From: Nemertoderma westbladi
Lineage: Eukaryota; Animalia; Xenacoelomorpha
Length of the DNA stretch: 64,000 nt
Assembly (NCBI GenBank): GCA_032718475.1
Contig: JAUCBJ010008831.1
Location: 10,842 to 74,841, forward strand
Reading direction: 5' to 3'
Position 1 is the stretch's first letter. Each line of letters starts with the position of its first letter. The translations under genes and the position numbers were made by a program. Shown here one piece after another: positions 34,225-46,954 of this stretch. The notes beneath the pieces were generated by a model. That model saw only the letters and a list, made by a program, of their open reading frames with translations, was not told the DNA's origin and ran no database searches.

Positions 34225-36180
34225 ATGCCAAGATCAACAAATAAAGTCAGCTGCCCCATCTGCGACAAAGAGATGCGGAGTGATCATCGAAAATCCCATA
34301 TCAAAACTCATTTCGCGCAATATAGATGCGACTGTTGCCCGACTTGGTCTTCGGAAAAGAAGACACTGGTTGGCCATCTTGTTTCGTGTCCTCAGGGGGG
34401 AACAGGATTTACTTACGTTAACGAGCCAGCCGATTTCCGCTGCGGGGATTCGCTCACCCTATCATCCTTCACTGAGCATGAATGCTACACTTGACTTTTT
34501 TCGCGGAAACGCAAAACTCCGCCTACCTCCCACTCATCCCCCATCAACTCTACTCCAGAACAAGTCGGCGGTGGCAGCTCCAATAATGAACCTTCAACTT
34601 CGCGAGATTATAATTCTATTTCCCCAAACAATCCCTTTCAACCCCCCTCCAACGGAAGCGCACACGGACGACTGTTTACCTATAACAATGACCTCGCAGA
34701 AACAAGACTCGACGTTGAACTAACTTTAAATAAAAATTTTCCACATATTCAAGAACACGTTAGTAGCCATTTACATAGTGCTTTGGGAACTTTTTTAAGA
34801 GTCAGGCTTACAATCAATATCGTAATGGAGCGTGAAACCAGTGAGGGTTTTCAAATTGAATCATTCTGTTTTAAATCTAGCGGTAACAATAATCAAATTC
34901 TAAATAATAGCGACTTTAATAACTGGTTTTCTGGCGCCGTCAATCGTATCGATCAACTGTTAAGCGTGTTTCTCTGTCTCGGCTCGGGTTGGCGCATAAT
35001 AGCTATCGAGCGAATAACTATTGAGATTGCGCGTTCCCAACGCAACCCCTATTTAAAGGGTTAAGGCTTCAATAATTCTAAATTATTATTAAATAAAAAA
35101 TGTACTGCCCAATGGGGGATTGCTTTAAATACGCAGTATTGGCCGCCGCAAATTATAAGAAAATTAATAGAAAAAATAATAATATCAAAAGAATTTCAAC
35201 GTATACTCCTTTCCTAAACATGTTTGATTTTTCCAATTTAAGTTTCCCGGTGGACAGAGTAACTGGTATTCCCCAGTTTCTGAAAGCAAACCCTGTATAC
35301 TGTATAAATCTTCTTTATTGGAGTAATACGGAAGAACTCTCCATTCTAAGTCAACCAGATAGCGCGCACTGTTCTGGTAAAACTGTACTAAATTTATTAT
35401 TTATCGAAGCCACAAGCAAAAACCCCACCCACTACGTAGCCATTACTAACATAGATAGACTAATAAATACAAAAGCTACTTCTACCGGCAACAAGACGCA
35501 CTGCGAACGCTGCCTCAGAGCCTTTTACACTGACAAATCACTGGGAGAACATCGAGAGCGCTACTATACGGGTAAATGCCAACTCGAGTATATGCCCGAA
35601 AATCTCTTGGTTAAATTTGACAGGTACGATAAGACTCTATCCCCACCTTTCTGTATATATGCCGACATTGAAACTATTCTAGAACCTACAAACAATATTA
35701 AACTCCCACAGAAACATATAGCTAGCGCGGCTGCCTTTTATACAGTACCAAATCAGAAATTATTTAACCCTCTAAAACAGATGTTCAAATTTTCCGTGAC
35801 TATGGCAGTAACCATGTAATGCGCGACTTTCTAACCGCTATGGAAAGTCATTGTAGGGAGTTATACAATTGGTCCATTTCTAGTACAAACACGCACGCCC
35901 CCATGTAACTCACTACTAGCCAACAAACTGACTTTAATAATGCTACACAATGCTACGTCTGCAACTGTAATTTAACCCCCGATTCTCATAATTTAAACCT
36001 CAATGACAATCTTAGCACCAAAGTCCGCGATCACGATCATTATAGCAGGGAGTATCGAGGGGCTTCTTGCGTCAGCTGCAACAGGAAACTTTCCCTAAAA
36101 TGGAATAATTTTTATATTATATTTCATAACTTGAGGAAATTCGATATGCATTTACTGCTAAAAGAAGGAATGACCGATAG
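34225..36180 (+). pseudogene. Protein-primed family B DNA polymerase, N-terminal/exonuclease part, broken and 3'-truncated
   Basis: N-terminal C2H2 finger, GSGWRI, CFKYAVLA, HYVAITNIDRL, CERCL, IYADIETIL (Exo I), VRDHDHYSREYRGASCVSCN (EndoVII-like insert) and IFHNLRKFDMH (Exo II). The polymerase palm is absent. Confidence 0.9.
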
Positions 36181-36185
36181 TTCTA

Positions 36186-37847
36186 GAACCCGTGACCTTC
36201 TGTTTATCCTATTTTGTATTTAGTTTAGTTACTCTATGTTAAAGTGAATTTTCACATTATATTTATGTTAAATTATAAATTTATGCTACAATTATTATTT
36301 ATATTATAAAAAACAGAAATATTCGAGTTATATTGCATTATATATTTTGCATTGAAGTGGAATACTTTAGATGTTGGGGGAATCTGGTTTGCGAGGGATA
36401 TTTGAATGGTGAGTATAACTATCCTTGAGAGCTAGTGCAACGCTATCTCACCATGGATGGGCTTTACCACTGTACTCGCATCTGCTCTCTCATTGGCTGC
36501 TCGATGAATCCAATTAAGGGTCTAAGCCCTTCAAGCTGGTCATTTGCTTAGTTCTCTAATTGGAGGGATGTGAGTTTGGACCCTAGAAGTGCATTATTCT
36601 TTTTCCTAGCTCTTGGTTAACTCTAGCATACACTCTAGCTTTGACTCTCCCGGCTATAGTGATAGTATGCAACCTTGGGAGTTAATGTGAGTACATATTT
36701 CAGTGTATTTCATAGTAATAAAATCGTTTCCATGTGTCCTGCCGGTGAATTCCCCGGATCATTATCTATTTTACAAACTTTATTATTAAATTAGTTTATT
36801 TACTATGGTATACATGAAAGTTTACTATATTATTTATTTTGTGTTGGTTTTTATTTTTCCGTGAGTAGGGTTTGAATCTGTGACCATCCGTGTTACCTAC
36901 TTTTTATAATTGCATTAGTAGGACTCGAACCCCGGTTTAACTTATTTTGTGTTGGTTTTATAATGGTCGCGAATAGGGATTGAACCCGCGACCTTCTGTT
37001 TATTTTCCATAAAACGGGATATGAATAGGGATCGAATCTGTGAGCATATGTTTTTCCTCTTTTATGTTTAGTTTAGGTACTCTAGTTATTCTATGTTTAC
37101 TTTTTATATTTTCATGACTAGGATTCGAACCCTGGTTTAACTTATTCTGTGTTGGATTTATAATGGTCGCGAGTAGGGATTGAACCTATGACCTCCTGTT
37201 TATTTTCCATAAAACGGGATACGACTAGGGATCGAACCTGTGACCATCTGTTTATCCTATTTTGTGTTTAGTTTAGGTACTCTAGTTATTCTATGTTTAA
37301 CTTATTTTGTGTTGGTTTTATATTGGTCGCGAGTAGGGATTGAACCCGTGACCATCTGTTTATCCTATTTTGTGTTTAGTTTAGTTACTCTATGTTAAAG
37401 TGAATTTTCACATTATATTTATGTTAAATTATAAATTTATGCTACAATTATTATTTATATTATAAAAAACAGAAATATTCGAGTTATATTGCATTATATA
37501 TTTTGCATTGAAGTGGAATACTTTAGATGTTGGGGGAATCTGGTTTGCGAGGGATATTTGAATGGTGAGTATAACTATCCTTGAGAGCTAGTGCAACGCT
37601 ATCTCACTATGGATGGGCTTTACCACTGTACTCGCATCTGCTCTGTCATTGGCTGCTCGATGCCTCCGATTAAGGGTCTAAGGCCTTCAAGCTGGTCATT
37701 TGCTTAGTTCTCTAATTGGAGGGATGTGAGTTTGGACCCTAGAAGGGCATTATTCTTTTTCCTAGCTCTTGGTTAACTCTAGCATACACTCTAGCTTTGA
37801 CTCTCCCGGCTATAGTGATAGTATGCAACCTTGGGAGTTAATGTGAG
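36186..37847. repeat. 506-bp direct repeats (36186-36691, 37342-37847) flanking an array of tRNA T-arm/B-box-like units
   Basis: The two copies have a constant offset of 1156 bp. About 8 units of GG(G)ATYGAAYC lie between 36860 and 37360. Confidence 0.9.
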
Positions 37848-39170
37848 CAAAGGCCAAGAGATTAGACTTCAGGCTCCCTCTATTGGTTCATTTTCTTAAC
37901 TTTATAAAATAACTCAACCCGTATTTAAAGTTTTAAAAATTATGACTTAGTCGACTAATTTTCCAAAGTATTTTATAAAAACATATAATTTCTTGAATAA
38001 ATAGACCTAATAGTAATAAATAATGTGGGGGTAAATACATTTATAATTCTAATATAATTATTAAGGATAAATAGTCCTAATACTAATATAATTATGTAAT
38101 AGTAAGCAAAATTTTTATGCGCAACCATCAGAGATTATTTGGATATAAAAGATCACACAGCAGGAGGCTAACTTGCTGGGATCGACAAAGGCTTTGTGTG
38201 CGGTGTGCTGCTATGTCTTATATCGGGATGGATGAGAGAGCCCCCCCCCCCCCCCCCCCCCCCGGGCGTAACATTGCGAACATGGGCTATATTGCTAGAG
38301 AGAGAACTACATATAAGACCACATGGAGGTTCATGGAGTGCATAGGAGTGGATGGGCTACGTGAATAGAGGAGCCTAGACCATTGAATAATTAATTTAGT
38401 GCAGGAAGATGTCACGCCATTAGTCTGACACCGAGAGGGCACACAGAAACACCAGAACATGCCTTAACATCACTAACTATGGGCCTACTAGACACTATTA
38501 ACCGCACACTATAATAAAGGTAAACAAAATCCTTATCGCATTTTCAGCTATAATGAGCGACAGTTCACGGCAAACTATAGAGAGTTTCCAGATTACTAAA
38601 CGTTTCAAAACTATTAATTTTTATCCTTTGACGGAAAATTATGTTCAATTGTCCCGTTCAACAACATTACACTGGTACACATTTGATAAAATATGTTCAC
38701 AATTGTACAAATCTGGGTTTTCTGGGGGCCTATACCGTAGAAACAATAAAATAAGTATGGATAGCTAAAGTATAATTAAACAAATAAAGTTCTTTATGAC
38801 TCTTTTTTCTCCACACCATAGAATTATAACTCATCAGCCCCCATTAGTAACACTAATTTATCCGTTTTCACAGTGAGATCCAACTGTCACCGCTCTAGAA
38901 CAACTGCGCTCCCAATCCTCCCATCTCGCTCGCTCCAGCGAAAACTAACTCTGAGCCCTCAGCGATAGAATATAATTTAGCCTATGAGAAAATAAATAGT
39001 GTATTTTATAATTAAATAATAATTTATTATTTAAGTAATTGCTTTATAGCCATCTTGGTAATTCTTATAACTTTAAAATTATTGTAATTACTCAAATTAA
39101 TTTCTTCTCAATCTGCTTATTGCTTTAACCTATTTTATTATATCATATTATAAAGGAATGTTAGTATTAA

Positions 39171-39590
39171 TTAAAACTTACACCATGGTTCCTCCTTGAA
39201 ATCTTCTGTTTCCTCCCAGTTTTCCTGGGGAAAAGGGTAAAGGAAACGTTGTTCCTCAGCCGCTGCTATCTCTTTCTGAACATATTCCTGATACAAATAT
39301 TGATCGTACCAGTTGGAGGAGGTCCGAAGGCCTTCCACTCGTGCTTCCTCCAATGCTCGAATCTCGAGCTCTCGATCAGCCAAATCTTCCTCCCACGCCA
39401 TCTCCTCTTCCTGGTCCCTCATATACCGGACATAGGGAGTGACCGCTTCCGGCCTGCTCTCCGTGGTCTGCGTACCGACGCTTCTGGTTGTGGTTGTGTT
39501 GGTAGCGTTGGACATGGTGGTGACGGGTGTAGCTGTGGTGGAGACCGGTGTTACGGAGGCGGCTAGCTGGGTGCTGGTGGTGGAATCCAT
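39171..39590 (-). CDS. Hypothetical Maverick accessory protein (Thr-rich N-terminus, acidic C-terminus)
   Basis: Intact GC-rich ORF in an AT-rich context. TATATAAA (~39730-39737, - strand) has a TCAGTT initiator ~30 bp downstream. Confidence 0.55.
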   Translation of the reverse strand: MDSTTSTQLAASVTPVSTTATPVTTMSNATNTTTTRSVGTQTTESRPEAVTPYVRYMRDQEEEMAWEEDLADRELEIRALEEARVEGLRTSSNWYDQYLYQEYVQKEIAAAEEQRFLYPFPQENWEETEDFKEEPWCKF

Positions 39591-42479
39591 GATGATGAAT
39601 AGTAACTCGACAAATTGTAAATGCAAAAGTTTAAAATAAAATGTGAAGTTTAAAATTAGCGTCTTGTAAAATAAATCACGTAAAATTATTCGAGCTCAAA
39701 ACTGATGACAAATGAAGGTCCCGTCTCGGTTTATATAGCATCAACGCAGAGGGAACAACGCAACAGATTCAACGAGAGGCAGCTTTAATTAAAGGGTTCC
39801 CAGTGATAAGTCGTTAGGAGCCAGTAGTAATTATATGATGGTAATAACTAGGAGATATAGCATATGAATGTTAGCCTTATTTGGGCCCTCAAGCTTATTA
39901 GCAATAGAGATATCTCGCTTGCCGGCCGGCCCTCATGCAAATTTAGCGGCGCCAAGGCTAACGGGGAACCTCGAAGACAGTCTGGCTATAGTAGAGTAGA
40001 ATCGACATACGAGTCCATAGCTGAAATACATCTGCCATGGAGCCTTTGCGTAGCACTATGCTCACCAAATATATTATAATTCTCTATCCGCGAAATTTTC
40101 AGGAATTTTAAATTTTTGCCGTCGCTTCGCGGAAAATATAAAAAGTAAACACAAAATAGGATATGCAGATTCTCACAGATTCGATCCCTACCCCGACCAG
40201 TGTCATTATGACCCTCCCCCCCGGTATTTGTACAACATTTTATAGCCCGATAGTATTGGGGTTATTATGTGACTCATGAAAATAAATCTTAAATTCAATA
40301 CAAATGTTCCATCTTGGTGAAGTGGATGCAATGTATTTACAACTCGAGTGTGGATCAGGATAGTTTTCGTTAAGGTTTCACCTTGGTGAAGTGGAAGCAT
40401 TGTATTCACATTTCGAGTACCATTTTTATTGCAACTATGGGGCATTTTATATTAGCCGATTTTTCAAAATTTGTAAAGTTTTGAGGGTTTTTATGAAAAA
40501 TATAGGGATTTAGGGATTAACATTCAAATTGACTACGAAGAAGCAATAGGGATCATTAATGGTATGTTGAGACTCAGAAATTTTGAGGAATTTTAAATTT
40601 TTGCCGTCGCTTCGCGGAAAATATAAAAAGTAAACACAAAATAGGATATACAGATTGTCATAGATTCGATTCCCTACCCCCGACCAGGGTCATTATGACC
40701 CTCCCCGGTGTTTGTACAACATGTTATAGCCCGGTAGTATTATGATTAAAGCTACTAAACTAAAAAATAACAAAGTGCTCCAACTCAGTGTCACTACTTT
40801 AGATAATATACTATAATAATAGTGATAGCAGATGCTTTTAATTTCGCGATGAAATAATGTCAGCAAACGAAATATAGCGAATACATCATAGATAGAGTTT
40901 TAAATTAGTATGGTTTTATCTGTAATTTTTTATTTTGAACGCAATAGTAAAAAGGTTATTATGTGACTCATGAAAATAAGTCTTAAATAAAATACAAATG
41001 TTCCACCTTGGTGAAGTGGATGCAATGTATTTACAACTCGAGTGTGGATCAGGTTTGTAGCCAGGATTTTTAAGTTGGGTAGACCTGGGAATATCAGAGT
41101 AGGCAGGCGCAAATGTTCATTTGGATAAATTTTACAATAGATTTAACTGATTAATTGTTTACAACGGATAGAAAGCAAACCTACAGTAGGATGTTCATGG
41201 AGTCCACCATTAGTTCATCTTTTGTATACAAAGCATAATTTAAACAATAGACGAAATCGCGTAGGTTCGCGTCTACCAGTCTACTAACGCATTAACTGTC
41301 TCCTTGAATGGCTTACTATCAATCATACTACTAAAAAATTCATTGGAGAGTGGGATTGAACTCGTTGTATAGTAAAATAGTAAATCGAGTAAAATAATAT
41401 ATGTATAATTACGGGATGGCTGGGGTGCAACCTTTGTTCACCTACAACCTCCCCCCCAGGTGCAATCTTCGTTCGCGAAATTTTCAGGAATTTTAAATTT
41501 TGCAGTCGCATGGAGTGATAACCCTTAGGTGAAAGCTAAATTTGCTCTACTTTAATTAATCAAATGGGGCATTAAAGCTATGAGTGTATTTTCCTCTACA
41601 TCCTCCCTCGATCTTACGCAAATCTGGGTAAAAGGCGGTTGAAGGGCTATCATTCCCAACATATGCGGTCCTCCCTTTAATGTTTCATTGTTCTATTCAT
41701 AGTCGCCTTTAAGAATTTCTCGGGAAAATAAGGACGATCACTTTCAACCCATGCGGCCCTCCCTTTTATGATTTCATTGAACTATCCATAGTATGAACAA
41801 TCAAACCAAAGCCTTTGAATATAGGGCTGAATATCCTCGCGGCTTATCAGCGGCGTCATGGCTAACTGCTTAATATCAATAGTGAAGCATCTAAAAGACA
41901 GAGTGTCTATGATAGGGCAGAACAGCATACTTACAGCTTAGAGGTGGGCGCGCTGAAAACTTTGCTCGCCATCAATACATACAAAGCATCGCCTGATGGA
42001 AAGAGTAATAGCATGGATATTTTCATTTTGGTGAATTTAATTTATAGCATTAATCACGAAAATCGCTAAATAATATATTTTAACTAAAATCAACTCTGAT
42101 AAACATCTTGCATATCGAGTTTGTAAAGAATTCATAGGGATTGGCTGTTTATTTAGGGATTAACATTCAAAATGATTATGAATGAGCAATAGGGTCATTA
42201 ATGGTATGCTGAGACTCACTTACTTCATGGCTCGCTCTCATAGAATAGATTAACTAATAGAGAAAAATGAAAAATAACCGGTTAAACATCTTATATTTTT
42301 TAAACATTATGGGGAAACAAGAATAAATAATTTACCGACAACATCAATATTAAATAATATAACAACAACGGATAAATAATTTACCAACAACATTAATAAT
42401 AAATAATATAAGAACATCAACAATAACAAAAGATATAGTCAGAACAGTTTTTATTAAATAGAGACTGATTATATTAATA

Positions 42480-44184
42480 GGGTTGCTGGTCTCCGAGAGT
42501 AACGTTTGGTTTAACCCTTTAGGGATACTATTAATGGCTGCGATAATTTTCTCTTTAATAGTTTGTTGAGATAGCCTTTTCTTGGGGGGTGAAATAGATT
42601 AAGGTGTGTTTGCTGCGGGATAAAGATGCCTTCTCTGAGAGAACGTTTTAGTAATTCGAAAAGACGCGCGATGGTAAAGTCGTTGGATAGGGTGATAGTG
42701 TTGGTATTTTTCGTATTGGTGAATATGATTTCTGTTGGTTTGTTCTCGATATGAATGTAAGGACTGAGATAGTAGTGAGAGTTACAGGTGGGTTGGTTAT
42801 ATTTATCGTGAGAAAATCGCTGCCCCTAATATTGAGACTGAAAAGTGGTATTCTCTTCGTCTTTCATTAAAATGGGCCAGATACCAACATATTTTTCGGA
42901 TTTGAACTTATAGATAAAGGCTGCGATACTACTATCTATGAGATAGCGTTGGTGATTGGGGATCGTAATCTGCTTTGGTTTGAAAGCAAATTGTATAGCC
43001 ATAGCCTTGAATCTAATTAGAGCCTCGCGCACTTGAATCGTGTTAGCTATAGTAAAGGATTCGTTAAATTTTCTCTCGGTTATCTGTAAATCAATTTCTG
43101 AATCACTGATACAACTTTGTATCGATATTCGCTCAGAAATGTTGTCTTTGTAGACGTTAAGTTCATTGTAGCAGACACATTCACTATCCTCGATGGTTGA
43201 ATCGAACCATTTCAATTCGCCGACCTCGGTTGGTGTAAGAAGAATCATGCCCCTAGAAGAAACAATAGCCTTTCCATCGTCAACCTCGTAGCCGTTGGTG
43301 ATCGCTAAATTGCGCTCGTTCCGAATATTTGTAACAAACCCAAAAGTGCAATAGTCAAAAGCAACCCAATTCCCCGGTTTTAGGACAAGGTGAGTAGTAG
43401 GATTAATAAAAGGGTGACAGATGTTTACATAATGTTGAAATAAATTGGCGCAGGCGACGGAAAATCTGATCCATGAACTCTTTACAGTGTCTTCCAACTT
43501 TATTAACTCGAGTGGTTTCACTGGGTTAATACTTCCATAGGTATTCCATCGATATTCCAAGTCTATAATTGAATCCAAAGTAATAGGAGACTTTATTGGC
43601 GAAAAAGCATGTGAGCTCATTCAATTTCTCGCCGAAAGTGAGAACATCCTTGTCGAAAAGTTTAAAGAAACGAGTCTCCTCTTCCTCGGTCGGAGTCGAC
43701 GAGTTCCAGATGAGAAGAAGAATCGAGTTTGTGATACTATGAAAATCGAATAAGCGATCATCGGAGAAGAAGGAGGTTACGAGAGTGGTTAAACCCAGTA
43801 AACGATTTGCCCCATCTTGGTTGATGTTTTCTCGAATAAAATCGACTATGCTAGTTGGAATCGTAAACGTCTCGGGCGAAGTAGTTAGATTGAACGTTAT
43901 TTTGTGTCCCTTTTTAAAAGTTTGAAACCGTGGTTGGAGGAATGAAGTTTATTATCGTCGAGGGTTTGATATTGTCCATCGTGAAGTTCGTAGCAGGCAC
44001 GGAAAATAAAGTGCACGTAGTTTGCTGGAATCGGGATGGGTTGGTTTAAGGTTGTATTTATCGTTAACGGGAAAAGTTTGTTCGCCGAATCGAAATATAG
44101 ACCAAACGAGTTGTCTTGTAGCATAAACTGATTTTCGTTGCAAACCAGATCGTTGCTTGAATAGCTGATTTCTGAATGTGCCAT
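42480..44184 (-). pseudogene. Hypothetical Maverick gene next to the right TIR, broken into 43897-44184, 42826-43620 and a basic tail
   Basis: Consecutive same-strand ORFs with coding-like composition. Upstream are a TATA-like element (~44304), CCAAT boxes and TGACGTCA (44394). No family recognised. Confidence 0.5.
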
Positions 44185-44533
44185 CGTGATTGTATACCGG
44201 TAACTCGTTTAGGAAATAAAATTAAATAAATACTTTTACGAAAATAATTAAAACTTTTCAGGAAAACAAAGAGACAATGATTGGGAATGTGGTGAATGGG
44301 GGCTATTATAGAGGGGGCTAGAATGGGTTAGCCAATCAGGGAACAGGAGGGAGAAAAGACTGTATAATTAAACCAATCAGAGAGCAGCTTTGATGACGTC
44401 ACATCAGGCGAGATAATGATTGCCCAATGTTATTCAATGGTAGCCAGAGTGGCGCCATTGAATAACGAAGACAAAGGGGCCGCGAGAGGAAAGATTATAA
44501 AGTTAACGATAAGGGATCTATAAACCATAGAGC

Positions 44534-45073
44534 TAAATATAGACATTATGTCATAATTACATCATTGGTAATATAAAAACTAATTAATCTAAAAATAGAA
44601 ATCAATGTATAAAGTAAAGTTAATACAATTAATTAATTTAAAATAAAGTACAAATGAATAAATAAAGTAAAATAAAATGCAAATAATTAATTAAAATTAA
44701 ATATAAATAAATAAGTATTAATGAATAAAAGAGCTGCGGTGTCACTTATGACACCCTCTTGCGCCGGCTCTGTGACACTTGGACAACACTGATGACCCAT
44801 TGTGTGTCAGGGCGCTAATCAGTCTGATTAATTAGGATAATCAATTAAACCCTAATTAGGAGTCATATGACACCTGTTAGGGTTTAATTGTACTAATTAA
44901 TTGATGAAACCTTTCAATTAGGGTCTAATTAGCCTAATTGGGAGGTGTCACCCAGACAGTCTGGTGCCAATGACACCCAATGACACCCATAGGGTGATAA
45001 TTAGGTGTCATATGACACCCAATGGGTGTCAGTTGGGTCCAAGTGTCACAGAGCCGGCCAAGACCCTACTTCT
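44534..45073 (-). repeat. Maverick right TIR
   Basis: Inverted copy of 19575-20083 plus 32106-32151. Confidence 0.95.
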
Positions 45074-45116
45074 GGCGTTCTTTCCCCCTCTGAGTGTCGG
45101 GGTGTTCTGTGTCGAC

Positions 45117-45610
45117 TGTGACGGGATCGTAGATCACGACCGGGTTAGATTTAGTACACGTCGCCTGACTGCTGGTCTGCTGGGCTAGTGTCCTTTTGGC
45201 TGAAAGCCATTGGGGAAAATAACAGAGTTTGCGTTCCTCAATGTTAATGTTCCAAATGATAATAGCACAGAATTAGTAATGTGATTGATATCGCAATACA
45301 GAATGACAGCAGTAAATCAGTAATAGATATTGGTTGGCGACGGTCGAAAACTATGACCGGTCTTCAACTCTGTGATTAATGAACTGACCGGTAAATCAGT
45401 AATACAGAATAATTATATGATTGATACACACAGATATTGGTTTCACCTCTTACTCTACTTGGCCTTCTGTACCCAGTGGATGCTTTCCTATCTCTGCTCA
45501 CGTGCCCCCCTGCCTGCTATTGGCTTATATACTAATTGTCACTTTGGCACTCCCTATGAGTGTTCCCCCCCACCGCTAGCCTTTACTAGCTGTGTTCTCC
45601 AACATTTTGA
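45117..45610 (-). mobile_element. 5' LTR (truncated at its outer end) of the host Bel/Pao-type element
   Basis: Starts TGTGACGGGATC like the LTRs at 14858 and 63462. It abuts the ORF start, which continues at 19574 across the Maverick. Confidence 0.7.
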
Positions 45611-45649
45611 CAGTTAACTTTGAAAGTCCTCAAGCAAGTCTCTGATCGG

Positions 45650-46312
45650 ATGAGCATAAGCTCAAAGGATGGTATGCTTGAGCATGTGGACGACTTCTGT
45701 TACCTGGGATCATGGATCCGGAAGTCAGGTGAGGACCTTCGAATACATAAGGGAAAGGCATGGGCAGCCTTGATTGAATAGGCTTTCCAGGATTTGGAAG
45801 TCACCGAGAATTAATCGGAAACTTAAGGTCCGATTATTTAGAGCAGCAGTAGTTCCAGTACTCCTCTATGGGAGTCCATGCTGGGCTCTAACTGCTGAGG
45901 ACACCAAATTTCTGGATGGCTCATTCACAAGAATGCTACGCCGGGTTCATTGTGTCAAGTACAATGCACACATCTCCAACCAGACACTATATAACATTGG
46001 AGGTGTCTCATTGGTTCCCCCAAGCTTGACACTACAACAAAATCGCCTCCGCTTTGCAGGACATTGCTTTCGCTGTGAGGACCAGCCAGTGCATAATCTT
46101 GTACTTTGGCAGCCTCATGGAGTGAATAAGCATGGTGGACAGCCCATGACTTTCTTGAGACGCATCTTAAAGGACACTGGCCTTGAAGATGCGGATGATC
46201 TAGCAACTGTCATGGGTGATAGGGAGTTGTGGCGGTACAATTTTGTCAACAAGCCGGCACAGCATTCTTAAAAATGCAGCTGCAATGCAGCATGCCGATC
46301 CTAGTAGTAGTA
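45650..46312 (+). mobile_element. RTE-like LINE 3' fragment with (TAG)n tail
   Basis: VDDFCYLGSW, RLSRIWKS..LKVRLFRAAVVPVLLYGS..W and RLRFAGHCFR; TAGTAGTAGTAG at 46301-46312. Confidence 0.88.
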
Positions 46313-46954
46313 GAAATTATTAGAAACAAAGAACAGCCACCAGGCATATCAGGTGCAAATGACATAAATAGAAAATAGTAGCCAAACTTCTCACTGGCAG
46401 CCATATTGGCAAATTATCGTAATACCCATCACCATGGAAACGGGATTGAAAAAAAAATTTAATGTAAAATATTCTGGTAGACTTTTATTCCCTATACTCA
46501 CCTATTATAGCTCAAAAACAGAATCCCCCGTCGTCTTGTATTACAGGCACGCAAAGTTTAAACTTTTCACCCGGTTACCTTAGTAACTACAAGATAAAAA
46601 TTCCAGAAAGACTTTTTATAACAATTATATGAACCCTAGTATCATATCCACCTAACAAAAGTAGCATTAAAGAAGTTTTTAATGAAATATTATGAAAATA
46701 GTGCCATAAATAGGGAAAAGATCAGCCGACGCTAATTTCATCAATCCGCTCGATGCAGGACCTGTTATTTAGTACACCTTGATAATAAAGCAGCACACAT
46801 TAACATAAATAAAAATAATACATTCTGGAATACGGTAATTGAAGTTGTTTCCATGTCATTGATTACTTTGCCTGATTTTTCGATGTTGCTAATTTTGCGT
46901 ATTAAAATCACTATAACTCAGCCAGTATTATTTGTTTTGATGTAAAATTACTCA

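Larger units (their letters stand above)
19575..45073. mobile_element. Polinton/Maverick, degenerate (about 13.5 kb after removing the nested LTR element)
   Basis: Termini are AGTAGTAGGGTC...GACCCTACTTCT with a perfect 6-bp TSD GGCGTT (19569-19574, 45074-45079). It has long TIRs and a protein-primed PolB remnant. Confidence 0.92.

Noticed and set aside
14858-45610. 14858 LTR as the 3' partner of the 45117 LTR
   Set aside because: The two are only patchily similar, and 14858-15453 has its own near-perfect TSD, so it is a solo LTR of a related family.
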